20,000 nt of DNA from Rhabdothermincola salaria (lineage in GTDB: Bacteria > Actinomycetota > Acidimicrobiia > Acidimicrobiales > Acidimicrobilacustridaceae): the NCBI RefSeq assembly GCF_021246445.1, contig NZ_JAJQXW010000005.1, forward strand, positions 239,390-259,389, given 5' to 3'. Position 1 is the first letter of the stretch, and each line of letters opens with the position of its first letter. This document shows, in pieces, positions 1-8,128 of this stretch. A model generated the notes under the pieces. The model had not been told where the DNA came from. It did no database searches and saw only the letters and a list, made by a program, of their open reading frames with translations. Made by a program: the position numbers and the translations under genes.

Positions 1-483
1 GTAGCCCGCCGCGCCCGGGAAGGGCTGGCGCCCGGCCCCCGATCCCATGACCACGAACTTCCCTCCCCGTTCGCCCAGGTGGGGTTCGGCGAGGCGGGCC
101 AGGGCGTGCACGCTCACGAGGTTCACGGCGAGCACGTCGGCGAAGTCGTCGATGGGGGAGCCGGGCCGTCGGGCCGTGACGGTGCCGGCGTTGGCGACCA
201 CCAGATCGAGACGGGACCAGGTCTCGACGGTGGTGTCGACCAGGGCCGCCAGGGCCTCGGGGTCGGCGACGTCGGTCGGCACCGCCCGGGCCGTGCCCCC
301 CGAGGCCTCGATCTCGGCCACGACGCCGTCGATCTCCGACCGGGTGCGGGCCGCCACGACCACGGAGGCCCCGGCGGCCGCGTAGGCCTGGGCGATGGCT
401 CGGCCGATGCCGCGACCGGAGCCGGTCACGATGGCCACCTTGCCGCTGAGGTCCACGTCGATGCCGGGCTGGGCGAGGGTCAT
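1..483 (-). CDS. SDR family NAD(P)-dependent oxidoreductase (3' end runs off the window)
   Basis: Not in the ORF track; translated by hand from ATG at 483: MTLAQPGIDVDLSGKVAIVTGSGRGIGRAIAQAYAAAGASVVVAAR...DLVVANAG...NLVS...GSGAG...GAAGY. Has the TGxxxGIG Rossmann motif and NAG motif, with the catalytic Tyr at the window edge. GAGGAGG RBS upstream. Confidence 0.93.
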   Translation of the reverse strand, partial: MTLAQPGIDVDLSGKVAIVTGSGRGIGRAIAQAYAAAGASVVVAARTRSEIDGVVAEIEASGGTARAVPTDVADPEALAALVDTTVETWSRLDLVVANAGTVTARRPGSPIDDFADVLAVNLVSVHALARLAEPHLGERGGKFVVMGSGAGRQPFPGAAGY

Positions 484-583
484 GGTCGCTCCTCCTCGAC
501 GGCGCCGGTCGCCGTCACCGGGGGCACGCTCCCACACACGGCGCGGTCACCGGCGGCCAGGCCCGGCCGGGCGGCTGCGCTGC

Positions 584-2212
584 TCAGCAGGTGGCGGTGG
601 TGCCGGGTGCCGTGGCGGTCGCCGCCGACACGCCGTCGACGTAGAGATCGACCCGGTACTCCACCGGCGCGCAGGCACGTGGCGTGCTCAAGGTGATGCC
701 CTGCCCGTCGGTGGGCAGGCCCACGTAGAAGAGCTCGGAGGGCTGGATCCACGATGCGCCGGGAGCGGGCCGCTCGTAGATGGCGATGATGACCTGGTCG
801 TCGTCCCCGACGCCGGCGATGTCGAGCTCGACGGTGGTGCGGTCGTCGGCGAAGGCGAGGGTCTCGATCGTGACCGATGCGTCGGGCGGCGGTGTTCCGG
901 CCGGCGCGAGGTCGACGCCGGGGGTCTGGTCGGCTCGGGCTTCGGCGACGAAGCGCATGCTGCGGGCCCGGAACTCCTCGACGAGGTCGGTCTGCTCGGG
1001 TGCGCGGTCCTCGACCCACTCGAGGGCGGTGAGGTACTGGGCCGCCAGAGCACGATCGACGTCGGAACCGGCGAGGGGTGCCATGAACTCGAGGGCTCGG
1101 CGGAGCCATTCTTCGGCCGTGGCCGCATCGCCCTCGGCGATGGCCACCGCCGAGCGGGTGAGGGCCAGGCCGGGTGTGCGCTGGTTCTCCCCGATGGCCA
1201 GCTCGAGCAGCTCCGCGGTGCGGGCCCAGTCGGCGCCGACGAGGGTGGCGAGGGCGGCGGTGGCCACGGTCGTGGGGTCCTCGTCGCCGCCTTCGCGAAG
1301 CGCCACCTCGAGCTGGGCGGCCGTGGTCCGCAGCAGGTCGGGGTCGTTGTCGGTGATGGCGAACGTGCGAAGGAGGTCCGGATTGGCCTCCACCAGCGTG
1401 GACAGGCCGAGGCCCCGGTGGGCGATCTGGTAGCCGTCGTCGGCGGTCACGGCGTCGGCGAACGCCGCCACGGCATCCGTCGCCCGGCCCTCGTCGAGCG
1501 CGACCTGGCCCGTGGCGCTGGAGGTGATGGCCTCGGGGGCGACGTCGGGGATGGGCTTGAGGTAGATCTGGATCGCCCAGCCGAAGCAGAACACCGCCAG
1601 GATCATGCCGGGCACCACGAACGGGGGTCGCAGGCCCCGCGACACCACCATGGTGAAGCCGACGAGGAAGATGGCCACCGCCAGCGTCGTCAGCACCGTC
1701 TCGTACTGCGAGGCCCGGTTGTTCCAGGTGATCCGTTCGGCGACCAGCTGCTTGTGCTCGAGGGCGAGAGCACGAGCCTCCTCGCTGATCTCGGTGGCGC
1801 GGACGGCGTCGCCGGTGAGCGCGCGCTCGACGACGGCGGTGGCCTCCTCGACCCGGCCTTGCTCGGCGTCGGGGTCGAGGGTGATGGCCCCCTCCTCGGC
1901 GGCGATCTCGGGCAGGCGGAAGCCGGGCCGGGACGCGAAGACCTTCATCTCGGCCTCTGTCTGATCGATGCCGGCCTTCACGCCCTGGTCGACGACGGCG
2001 GCCGTCTGGGACTCCGAGGCGAGGCGGGTGGCTTGGCGCGTCGTGCGCGACTCGTTGGTCCCCGCGTCGGTGGCCAGCACCGCGATCCACCCACCGAGCA
2101 GGGCGAGGACGGCGAGGGTGATGCCCACCCCGCGCCGGTAGCGCGCCTCGGTGCGGTCGTGGACCTCGGGCTCCTGGGCCGCCGAGTCGGTGGGGTCCGG
2201 TGGCGTCGCCAT
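584..2212 (-). CDS. Membrane protein (542 aa): DUF4337-like 3-TM N-terminal part, TPR-like helical region, C-terminal beta-sandwich
   Basis: Typical high-GC codon usage. Hydrophobic segments GVGITLAVLALLGGWIAVLA, VLTTLAVAIFLVGFTMVV and FVVPGMILAVFCFGWAIQIYL. TPR-like stretches (GQVALDEGRATDAVAAFADAV; AIAEGDAATAEEWLRRAL). Beta-rich C-terminus with YRVDLYVDG and two Cys. Family label is by resemblance only. Confidence 0.75.
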   Translation of the reverse strand: MATPPDPTDSAAQEPEVHDRTEARYRRGVGITLAVLALLGGWIAVLATDAGTNESRTTRQATRLASESQTAAVVDQGVKAGIDQTEAEMKVFASRPGFRLPEIAAEEGAITLDPDAEQGRVEEATAVVERALTGDAVRATEISEEARALALEHKQLVAERITWNNRASQYETVLTTLAVAIFLVGFTMVVSRGLRPPFVVPGMILAVFCFGWAIQIYLKPIPDVAPEAITSSATGQVALDEGRATDAVAAFADAVTADDGYQIAHRGLGLSTLVEANPDLLRTFAITDNDPDLLRTTAAQLEVALREGGDEDPTTVATAALATLVGADWARTAELLELAIGENQRTPGLALTRSAVAIAEGDAATAEEWLRRALEFMAPLAGSDVDRALAAQYLTALEWVEDRAPEQTDLVEEFRARSMRFVAEARADQTPGVDLAPAGTPPPDASVTIETLAFADDRTTVELDIAGVGDDDQVIIAIYERPAPGASWIQPSELFYVGLPTDGQGITLSTPRACAPVEYRVDLYVDGVSAATATAPGTTATC

Positions 2213-2213
2213 G

Positions 2214-2948
2214 TCAGAAGACCGTGACCACCGTGGTCACGACGACCGTCAGGGCCAGGGTGGAACCCAGGGCGGTGCCCACGCGGCGGGTGAGCACGCG
2301 ATCGGTGAGCTGGGCCGCGGTGTAGAAGACCACCGCGACCAGCAGCAGCAGCGTGGCCCAGCGAAGGTTGCGAACCCGGTCGCGGGTGTCGTCGGCTCGC
2401 TCCGCCCAATCGTCGGGGTTGGGGACGCCCGGCGAGGCGAGCCCGGTGGTCACCTCGGCCTGGAGCACCTCGATCTGTGCGTCGAGGTCGAACGACAGGG
2501 GATCGTCCGGAGCGGCCACGAGTTGGGTCAACAACGTCTGCTCGCCGAACAGCCCGGACGCGTACGCCAGGTCCGAGGCGGCGACCCTCTGCTCGTCGGC
2601 CTGGGTGGCGAAGGTGTCGGCGAGATCGTCGGCGCCCTGGTCCCGGAGGGTCGGGAGCAGCGCGTCGATGGCGTCGGCCTCGGCGTAGGCGGCCACGTAG
2701 CGGACGTAGGCCACGGCATCGGTGATGGCCGCCAGGGCGACCTCGGTCGCCTGCTGTTGCTGGACGATCGTCTGGCCCACCGACTGACGATCCTCGTACG
2801 CAGCCGTCGAGCCGAGCTGGCCGGCCCGCCACGTGAAGATGCCGGCGATGATCGTGATGACCCCGATCAGCAGCGGTAGGAGCCAGATCGGGATGTACCG
2901 GCGCGGAGGATCCGCCGGGCGGTCCTGTCCTGGGTCGTCCGCGGTCAT
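2214..2948 (-). CDS. Membrane protein (244 aa), DUF4337-like TM / helical loop / TM-TM architecture
   Basis: N-terminal TM (IWLLPLLIGVITIIAGIFTW), long amphipathic helical region, two C-terminal TMs. Its stop lies 1 bp from the ATG of the 542-aa gene. Confidence 0.75.
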   Translation of the reverse strand: MTADDPGQDRPADPPRRYIPIWLLPLLIGVITIIAGIFTWRAGQLGSTAAYEDRQSVGQTIVQQQQATEVALAAITDAVAYVRYVAAYAEADAIDALLPTLRDQGADDLADTFATQADEQRVAASDLAYASGLFGEQTLLTQLVAAPDDPLSFDLDAQIEVLQAEVTTGLASPGVPNPDDWAERADDTRDRVRNLRWATLLLLVAVVFYTAAQLTDRVLTRRVGTALGSTLALTVVVTTVVTVF

Positions 2949-3093
2949 CTGGGGTGGGGGGAGCCTTCCTCGTGCCGACCGGGCGCGCGGCGCCGGCCGT
3001 CTCGGCGGGGAGCACCCAGCACGATACGTGGTGCACGCCCCGGGGTCCGGCCATCGGCTCGTCGTGGCGGTCGGGTGTGCCCCGACGGATTCG

Positions 3094-5184
3094 TCACGGC
3101 TGGGGCGGGCGCGGCGGTGCGCTGGCCGCGAGGCGGACCGGGACCCCCGACTGCAGCACCATGCCGGTGAGGGGGTCGACGGCCTCGTCGGCGCTGGTCA
3201 GCGAGCTCACGTTCGGATCGTCCCAGCCGTGGGCCACCGTCACCGCGTCGGGATGGAGACGACCGTCGGCTCGGAGGGTGCCGGTCAGCTGGCCCCATGG
3301 CGAGGTCACCGTCACGCCGGTGCCGTCGGGTCCGATCGGGGTGGCGGCGCTCGGGTGAGCCATGACGAGCACCACCTCGGTGCGACCACCCGGGGCCGCC
3401 ACGTCACGCAGCTGCGAGTTCATGGTGCGCAGCTGGCGGTGGGGCACGAGGACGAGCCCGGGGGCGTGATGGGAGCGGGCCTCGGCCAGAGCCTCCTGGA
3501 GCTGGCCGAGCAGCACCTCGGGGGCCAGACGCCACCTCCCGTCGGGGAGGACCTTCTCGTGGACCCAACCGAACACGGCCCCCGAGGCGACGATGCCCGA
3601 GCGGGCACCCCGCATCGCCTCGGCCCCCACGGCGCTGCGGGCGAGCAACGGCTCGAGCAGGTCCTCGTCGGTCGCGTCCGCCACCGTCAGCCCCCGGGGG
3701 AGGGCGCTGAACCCGAGGTGTTCGGCCACCGTCCCCAGCGACCACCACACGGGCCGGCGCTCTGAGGTCGGTGCGACCACCGCCTCGGTGAACTGGCCGG
3801 CGACCGCGAGCTGGTAGGTGTCGAGCAGCCAGGTGGCGTCGGCCCGTTCGAGCTGGTCGACCGCAGGCAGGACGTGCGTGGCCAGCTCGGTGGTCTCCGT
3901 GGCCACCACGTCGAGCACGGCGAGGGTGGGCAGCGAGGCCAGCGCCCGGCGGGTGCGGGCGACGTCGGGGAAGGCCGTCACCGGGTTCCCGCCCACGACG
4001 ATCAGTGCGCCCACGTGGCCCGCTTCGATCTCGCTCACCAGCCCGGCGCAGGGCCATTCGCCGAAGCGATGGGGGAGCTCGGGCCGTGACGGCGGGCCGG
4101 GGCCCGGCGCGCCGCTCGACGCCTCCCACTGCCGGGTGTCCAACCGGGAGAGCAGCCCGGGGTTGAACCACATGCCGCCGGGTCGGTCGTAGGAGTCGGT
4201 GACCACGTGGAGGGCCCAGAGGAGGTGCTCGGTCACGTTGGCCGTGGCCGCCATCGAGGTGCCGGTGCCCGTGAGCGCGCTCACCCGCCCCGCCTCTCGC
4301 ACGGCGGCCAGGAGCCCGGCGAGATCCTCCGCGGCCAGGCCGGTGGCCCCGGAGACCAGCCCGTCCTCGAAGCCGACGAGCGCAGCGGCGAGCTCGGCGA
4401 TGCCCGCGGCCCGGCGTTCCGCGTCCGCCCGCACCTCCGCGTCGTCCAGGAGCCTCCGCACCAGCCACCCCAGGACGAGCCAGTCGGTGCCGGGTCGCAC
4501 CTGCAGGTGGTGGTCGGCCTGTGCCGCGGTCTCCGTGCGGCGGGGGTCCACCACCCACAGCCGGCCCCCGCGCGATCGGTGCTCCCGCAAGCGGTTCACC
4601 GGGTCGGGGATGGCGTTGGAGTGGCCGTGGGAGACGATCGGGTTGCTGCCGAAGAGCACCAGGAGCCGGCTGCGCTCGTGGTCCCACACGGGGGTCAGCC
4701 CGCTCCATCCACCGACCAGCTCGGCCACGAGGGGCTTGCATGGCGTGTCGATGGTGGTGGCGGTGTACTTCTGGCGCGAACCGAGGGCGCCGAGGAAGCG
4801 TTCGGCGGCCCGCCGCCCGGCGCTGTCGAAGGCCGACCCGCTGGCCAGGTACATGGCCACGCCGTCGGGGCCGTGCTCGTCCACGGTGGCGGTGATGCGG
4901 GCGGTCAGGTCGTCGAGGAGCGCGTCCCAGCCGACCGCCTGGCGGGCGGAGCCCCTGCCCACCTCGGGGCGGTCGAGCCGCTGCGGGCTGTGGTGCAGCG
5001 CCGGGAGGGCCCGGCCCTTGGGGCAGCTGTAGCCGCGTGAGAGGGCGTGCTCGGGGTCGCCTCGCACCTCGAGCACGCGGTCGCCCTCGGTGCGCACGAC
5101 GACACCGCACATGGCGTTGCAGATCCGACAGAACGTGCGGTGTTCGTCGGGGGCCACGTCGCCGTCGCCATCGTCGACCGTCAT
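3094..5184 (-). CDS. Molybdopterin (Mo/W-bisMGD, DMSO reductase family) oxidoreductase catalytic subunit
   Basis: N-terminal 4Fe-4S motif FCRICNAMCG...GYSCPKG; FGSNPIVSHG, VVDPRRTETA, GGNP and HVLPA motifs; C-terminal molybdopterin dinucleotide-binding domain ending in DPLTGM. No Tat signal. Confidence 0.93.
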   Translation of the reverse strand: MTVDDGDGDVAPDEHRTFCRICNAMCGVVVRTEGDRVLEVRGDPEHALSRGYSCPKGRALPALHHSPQRLDRPEVGRGSARQAVGWDALLDDLTARITATVDEHGPDGVAMYLASGSAFDSAGRRAAERFLGALGSRQKYTATTIDTPCKPLVAELVGGWSGLTPVWDHERSRLLVLFGSNPIVSHGHSNAIPDPVNRLREHRSRGGRLWVVDPRRTETAAQADHHLQVRPGTDWLVLGWLVRRLLDDAEVRADAERRAAGIAELAAALVGFEDGLVSGATGLAAEDLAGLLAAVREAGRVSALTGTGTSMAATANVTEHLLWALHVVTDSYDRPGGMWFNPGLLSRLDTRQWEASSGAPGPGPPSRPELPHRFGEWPCAGLVSEIEAGHVGALIVVGGNPVTAFPDVARTRRALASLPTLAVLDVVATETTELATHVLPAVDQLERADATWLLDTYQLAVAGQFTEAVVAPTSERRPVWWSLGTVAEHLGFSALPRGLTVADATDEDLLEPLLARSAVGAEAMRGARSGIVASGAVFGWVHEKVLPDGRWRLAPEVLLGQLQEALAEARSHHAPGLVLVPHRQLRTMNSQLRDVAAPGGRTEVVLVMAHPSAATPIGPDGTGVTVTSPWGQLTGTLRADGRLHPDAVTVAHGWDDPNVSSLTSADEAVDPLTGMVLQSGVPVRLAASAPPRPPQP

Positions 5185-5233
5185 CCGGGCAGTGTCGCGC
5201 GAGGCGGCTCCTGGGCCCGCTCGTGACGTGCGC

Positions 5234-6628
5234 TCAGGTGCTGTCGTTGACCTCGAGCGCCACGGGGTGCCGGACCACGAGGCGGAAGCGGCCGCGCCCG
5301 GTCTTCTCGATGCGCACCGGCGCCGAGCGCTCGTCGAGGCGGCGCTTCAACAAGATGAGCCGACTCTCGAGGTTGTCGCGGAGCTCGGGGAGCTCGAGCG
5401 ACGGGTCGAGGCGCACCTCCTTGTTGGTGAACTCGGTGCGCCCGTCGCGTTCGTGGCTGCGCAGCAGAGAGCACAGGACGCGTCCGGCAACGCCCTTGAT
5501 GAGGTACTCGCCGTCCACGAACACGCTGCCGTCGGCGGCGTAGGTCCGGACCACCGAGACGGGGGTGCCCGAGGCGCCCGGGGCCGGTCGGTTCGCGGCG
5601 GAGGGGCGACTCGGGGACTCCGGGTGGTCCCGGGCCTCCGCTCGGGCGGCCTCGATGCCGGCGGCGACCACGGCGGCAACGACCGCCAGGGCGGCCTCGT
5701 CGGCCGGACCGAACGCCACCTTGTCGCGGCTCTCGACGGCCAGCACCCCGACGAGCTGGCCGAGCACCTGCAGCGGGACGGCCAGCTGGCTCTCGGCGTC
5801 GTCGAGCACGGGCAGGGGCACGATCGGTCCGCTCAGGTCCTCACCCTTCGCCTCGAAGGAGCGTCGGACCGTGCGGGCGTACTTGCCCATCTGCCCCAGG
5901 TTCCCGATGCGGACCGGTGCGCATCGTTGACCGGCCAGGCCGATGGTGCCCTCCCCCAGGGCCAGCTCCGAACCCACGCCTTCGTCGGGGTAGCCGTGGC
6001 TGGCGATGGTGTAGAGCTGCTCGCCTTCTTCGTCGTGGAGGGCCAGGACGACGTGGTCGTAGCCGAGCACCGCCGACAGGCCTCCCACGGTGGCGTCGAC
6101 CAGCGCATCGAGGTCGCCACACCGGGCCAGCCGCCCGGTGAGCTCGGCGACGGCGCCGAGCTCGACCTCGGCGAGCGGCGCGGGTTCGGGGCAGGCGCCC
6201 TCGACCAGGTGCACGGCGGCGGGCACGTGCTCCACGGCGACCACCCGGTAGATGTCGGCCGCACGGAGACGGAACACGTCCTGCATGCCGCTGAGCGCGG
6301 CGATGGTGTCGACGTCCTCCCGGAGCCGGTCGAACACCGGTCCCCGCCGGTCGGTTCGCTCGTAGACGAGGGCGAGGCGGTACTCGTCGTAGTTGCGGGG
6401 GTCGAGCACCAGCACGCTGGCATGGGGGTTCTCGGCCAGGTTGCGGGCGGTCTTGGAGAGGAACTGGTTGGACAGCGCCACCCGCTCGCCGTCGACCATC
6501 CGCACCCGCGACAGGTAGGTGACGTTCGGTGTCCCGTCGGCCGCGGCGGTAGCGATCACTGCGGGGACCCCGCCCTCGAAGCAGATCGCCAGATCGGCGA
6601 GGGAGACGTCTCTCGACGGGGTGCTCAC
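5234..6628 (-). CDS. PNPOx-like (FMN-binding split barrel)-GAF-winged-helix putative transcriptional regulator (464 aa)
   Basis: Start reassigned to GTG 6628, a GTGA overlap with the upstream stop. N-terminus CFEGGVPAVIATAAADGTPNVTYLS...LSNQFLSKTARNLAENP is PNPOx-like. Central GAF (ASHGY...GEGTIGLAG...SQLAVPLQVLGQLVGVLAVES...F...DE). C-terminal wHTH-like region (DGSVFVDGEYLIKGVAGRVL...NLESRLILLKRRL...IEKTGRGRFRL). Confidence 0.88.
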   Translation of the reverse strand: MSTPSRDVSLADLAICFEGGVPAVIATAAADGTPNVTYLSRVRMVDGERVALSNQFLSKTARNLAENPHASVLVLDPRNYDEYRLALVYERTDRRGPVFDRLREDVDTIAALSGMQDVFRLRAADIYRVVAVEHVPAAVHLVEGACPEPAPLAEVELGAVAELTGRLARCGDLDALVDATVGGLSAVLGYDHVVLALHDEEGEQLYTIASHGYPDEGVGSELALGEGTIGLAGQRCAPVRIGNLGQMGKYARTVRRSFEAKGEDLSGPIVPLPVLDDAESQLAVPLQVLGQLVGVLAVESRDKVAFGPADEAALAVVAAVVAAGIEAARAEARDHPESPSRPSAANRPAPGASGTPVSVVRTYAADGSVFVDGEYLIKGVAGRVLCSLLRSHERDGRTEFTNKEVRLDPSLELPELRDNLESRLILLKRRLDERSAPVRIEKTGRGRFRLVVRHPVALEVNDST

Positions 6629-7098
6629 GAGCGCACCGGGGACAGCGGCGAACCGGCGTCGGGACCCGGGGTCTGGTCGAAGCGATCCTCGACCGCGACC
6701 GTGCAGGCGACGATCGCTCGTGGGCGCCAACGCTCGAGGATCGGCCGAGCGGCTCCGTCGGCGGTCTCGATGTCGGCGAACAGCGCGTCGATGTAGGCCT
6801 CCGCCGTGGTGAAGTCGGCCGGCCCGGCGGGTTCGATGCCGAGCGAGCGACCCTTGAGCTGCACCGACCGGAGCGTGGGGACGTCGGCCGCGGTCACCGC
6901 GACGGCTCCACCATCGCCCAGCTGCCGGCACAACGCGTGGTCGTCGCCGCTCACCAGGAGCCGCAGGCGGTCGGGGTCGTCGTCGAGCACGACGAGGCCC
7001 CAGCCGCGGCCCGCGTGGGGAAGGCCGTCGGGGCCGACCGTGGCCACGATGAGCGCTGCGCCGCCCTCGAGCAACGCCCTGGTGTCGGGGTCGAACAC
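6625..7098 (-). CDS. Pyridoxamine 5'-phosphate oxidase-like (split-barrel flavin-binding) protein (157 aa)
   Basis: C-terminal part of ORF 6625..8574. GTG at 7098 with GAAAGG upstream. Sequence MFDPDTRALLEGGAALIVATVGPDGLPHAGRGWG...VAVTAADVPTLRSVQLKG...FDQTPGPDAG. Confidence 0.82.
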   Translation of the reverse strand: MFDPDTRALLEGGAALIVATVGPDGLPHAGRGWGLVVLDDDPDRLRLLVSGDDHALCRQLGDGGAVAVTAADVPTLRSVQLKGRSLGIEPAGPADFTTAEAYIDALFADIETADGAARPILERWRPRAIVACTVAVEDRFDQTPGPDAGSPLSPVRS

Positions 7099-7120
7099 GG
7101 CGCGTCGGGCCTTTCGTCGG

Positions 7121-7184
7121 TTGAGTGAGCGACCGAGTAGCGATCGTGGGCTTTTCTTAGCATTTCGCGCCGGATCTCTGAGCA
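7121..7184. promoter_or_regulatory. Divergent promoter region with helically phased repeats, a putative binding array for the wHTH regulator
   Basis: Relatively AT-rich patch. TGAGC 7126, GTAGC 7137, TGGGC 7147, TTAGC 7157 and TGAGC 7179 are spaced about 10-11 bp apart (one 22-bp step). Includes the imperfect 11-bp direct repeat GAGCGACCGAG/TAGCGATCGTG. Confidence 0.4.
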
Positions 7185-7272
7185 ACGCCGCACGCGCCGA
7201 ACCCTCACGATGGCTCCGACGAACCCCGGCACCGGCCACCCCGGCGGTGTCGACACCTCGAAGGAGACCACC

Positions 7273-7995
7273 ATGACCATCACCGCATCCCCGTCGGCGA
7301 CCGCCGTCCCCGCCCCGTCGGACCTGGCGCCGATCGTCGTCGACCTGTACCGCGACATCCACAAGGGGATCCGTGCCGAGCTGTTCGCGGCCACCCTCGA
7401 CGCCGGTCGGGCCGATCCCGCCGACGACGCCGGCCGGACCGCACTCGATGCCCAGGTGAACGACCTCGTGCGCTTCCTCGGGCAACACGCCGAGCACGAG
7501 GACGGCGCCATCCAGCCGGTGCTCGAGATCGAGCTCCCGGACCTGGCCGAGCGGGTGGCGCGAGAGCACGTCGGCCTCGAGGGCCGCATGGTTCGCCTGG
7601 CCGAGATCGCCCAGGTGGCCCGGGTGGCCCCCGACCACCACCAGCGCCTCCGGGTGCACCAGCTCCACGTGGAGCTGGCCGCCTTCACCTCCGAGTACCT
7701 GGCCCACCAGGACCTCGAGGAGCGGGTCGTCATGCCGGCCCTCGAGCAGGCCGTCGGGGCGGAGGCGGTGGTGGCCATCCACGCGGCCATCGTGGGCCCG
7801 ATGCCCCCCGAGGAGCTCATGGCCAGCCTGGCGGTGATGGTCCCGGCGATGAACGTCGAGGACCGCGTGGAGCTGCTGACCGGCATGCGGGAGAGCGCAC
7901 CCCCCGAGGCGTTCGAGGCGGTGCTCGGCCTCGTGCGCAGCGTCCTCGAACCGGCCGGGGCTCGTGCCGTCTCCCGCCGTCTCGGCGTCGCTTGA
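7273..7995 (+). CDS. Hemerythrin-like (HHE) di-iron domain protein (240 aa)
   Basis: AAGGAG RBS before ATG 7273. Ligand pattern H...HxxxE...H...HxxxE in DIHKGIR / QHAEHED / REHVGLE / AHQDLEE, followed by a helical C-terminal extension. Confidence 0.9.
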   Translation: MTITASPSATAVPAPSDLAPIVVDLYRDIHKGIRAELFAATLDAGRADPADDAGRTALDAQVNDLVRFLGQHAEHEDGAIQPVLEIELPDLAERVAREHVGLEGRMVRLAEIAQVARVAPDHHQRLRVHQLHVELAAFTSEYLAHQDLEERVVMPALEQAVGAEAVVAIHAAIVGPMPPEELMASLAVMVPAMNVEDRVELLTGMRESAPPEAFEAVLGLVRSVLEPAGARAVSRRLGVA

Positions 7996-8128
7996 TCCTC
8001 GCCGGCAGCGTCCGGTGACCCCCGGCCAGGCCGGACGGGAACTCCCCAGGGAACTGGGATGTCCCCGTGTCCGACCGCTTCGTACCGTCACTTCGACACC
8101 CCACCCTTCCCCCACCGAGGAGATCCTC

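Noticed and set aside
395..2227. Long + strand ORF (610 aa) and the many other long antisense or alternate-frame ORFs (e.g. 5090..6796, 9561..11063, 11234..12751, 13668..14750)
   Set aside because: Shadow ORFs caused by high GC and stop-codon scarcity. They overlap motif-bearing genes and translate to Arg/Gly/Pro-rich sequence without domains.
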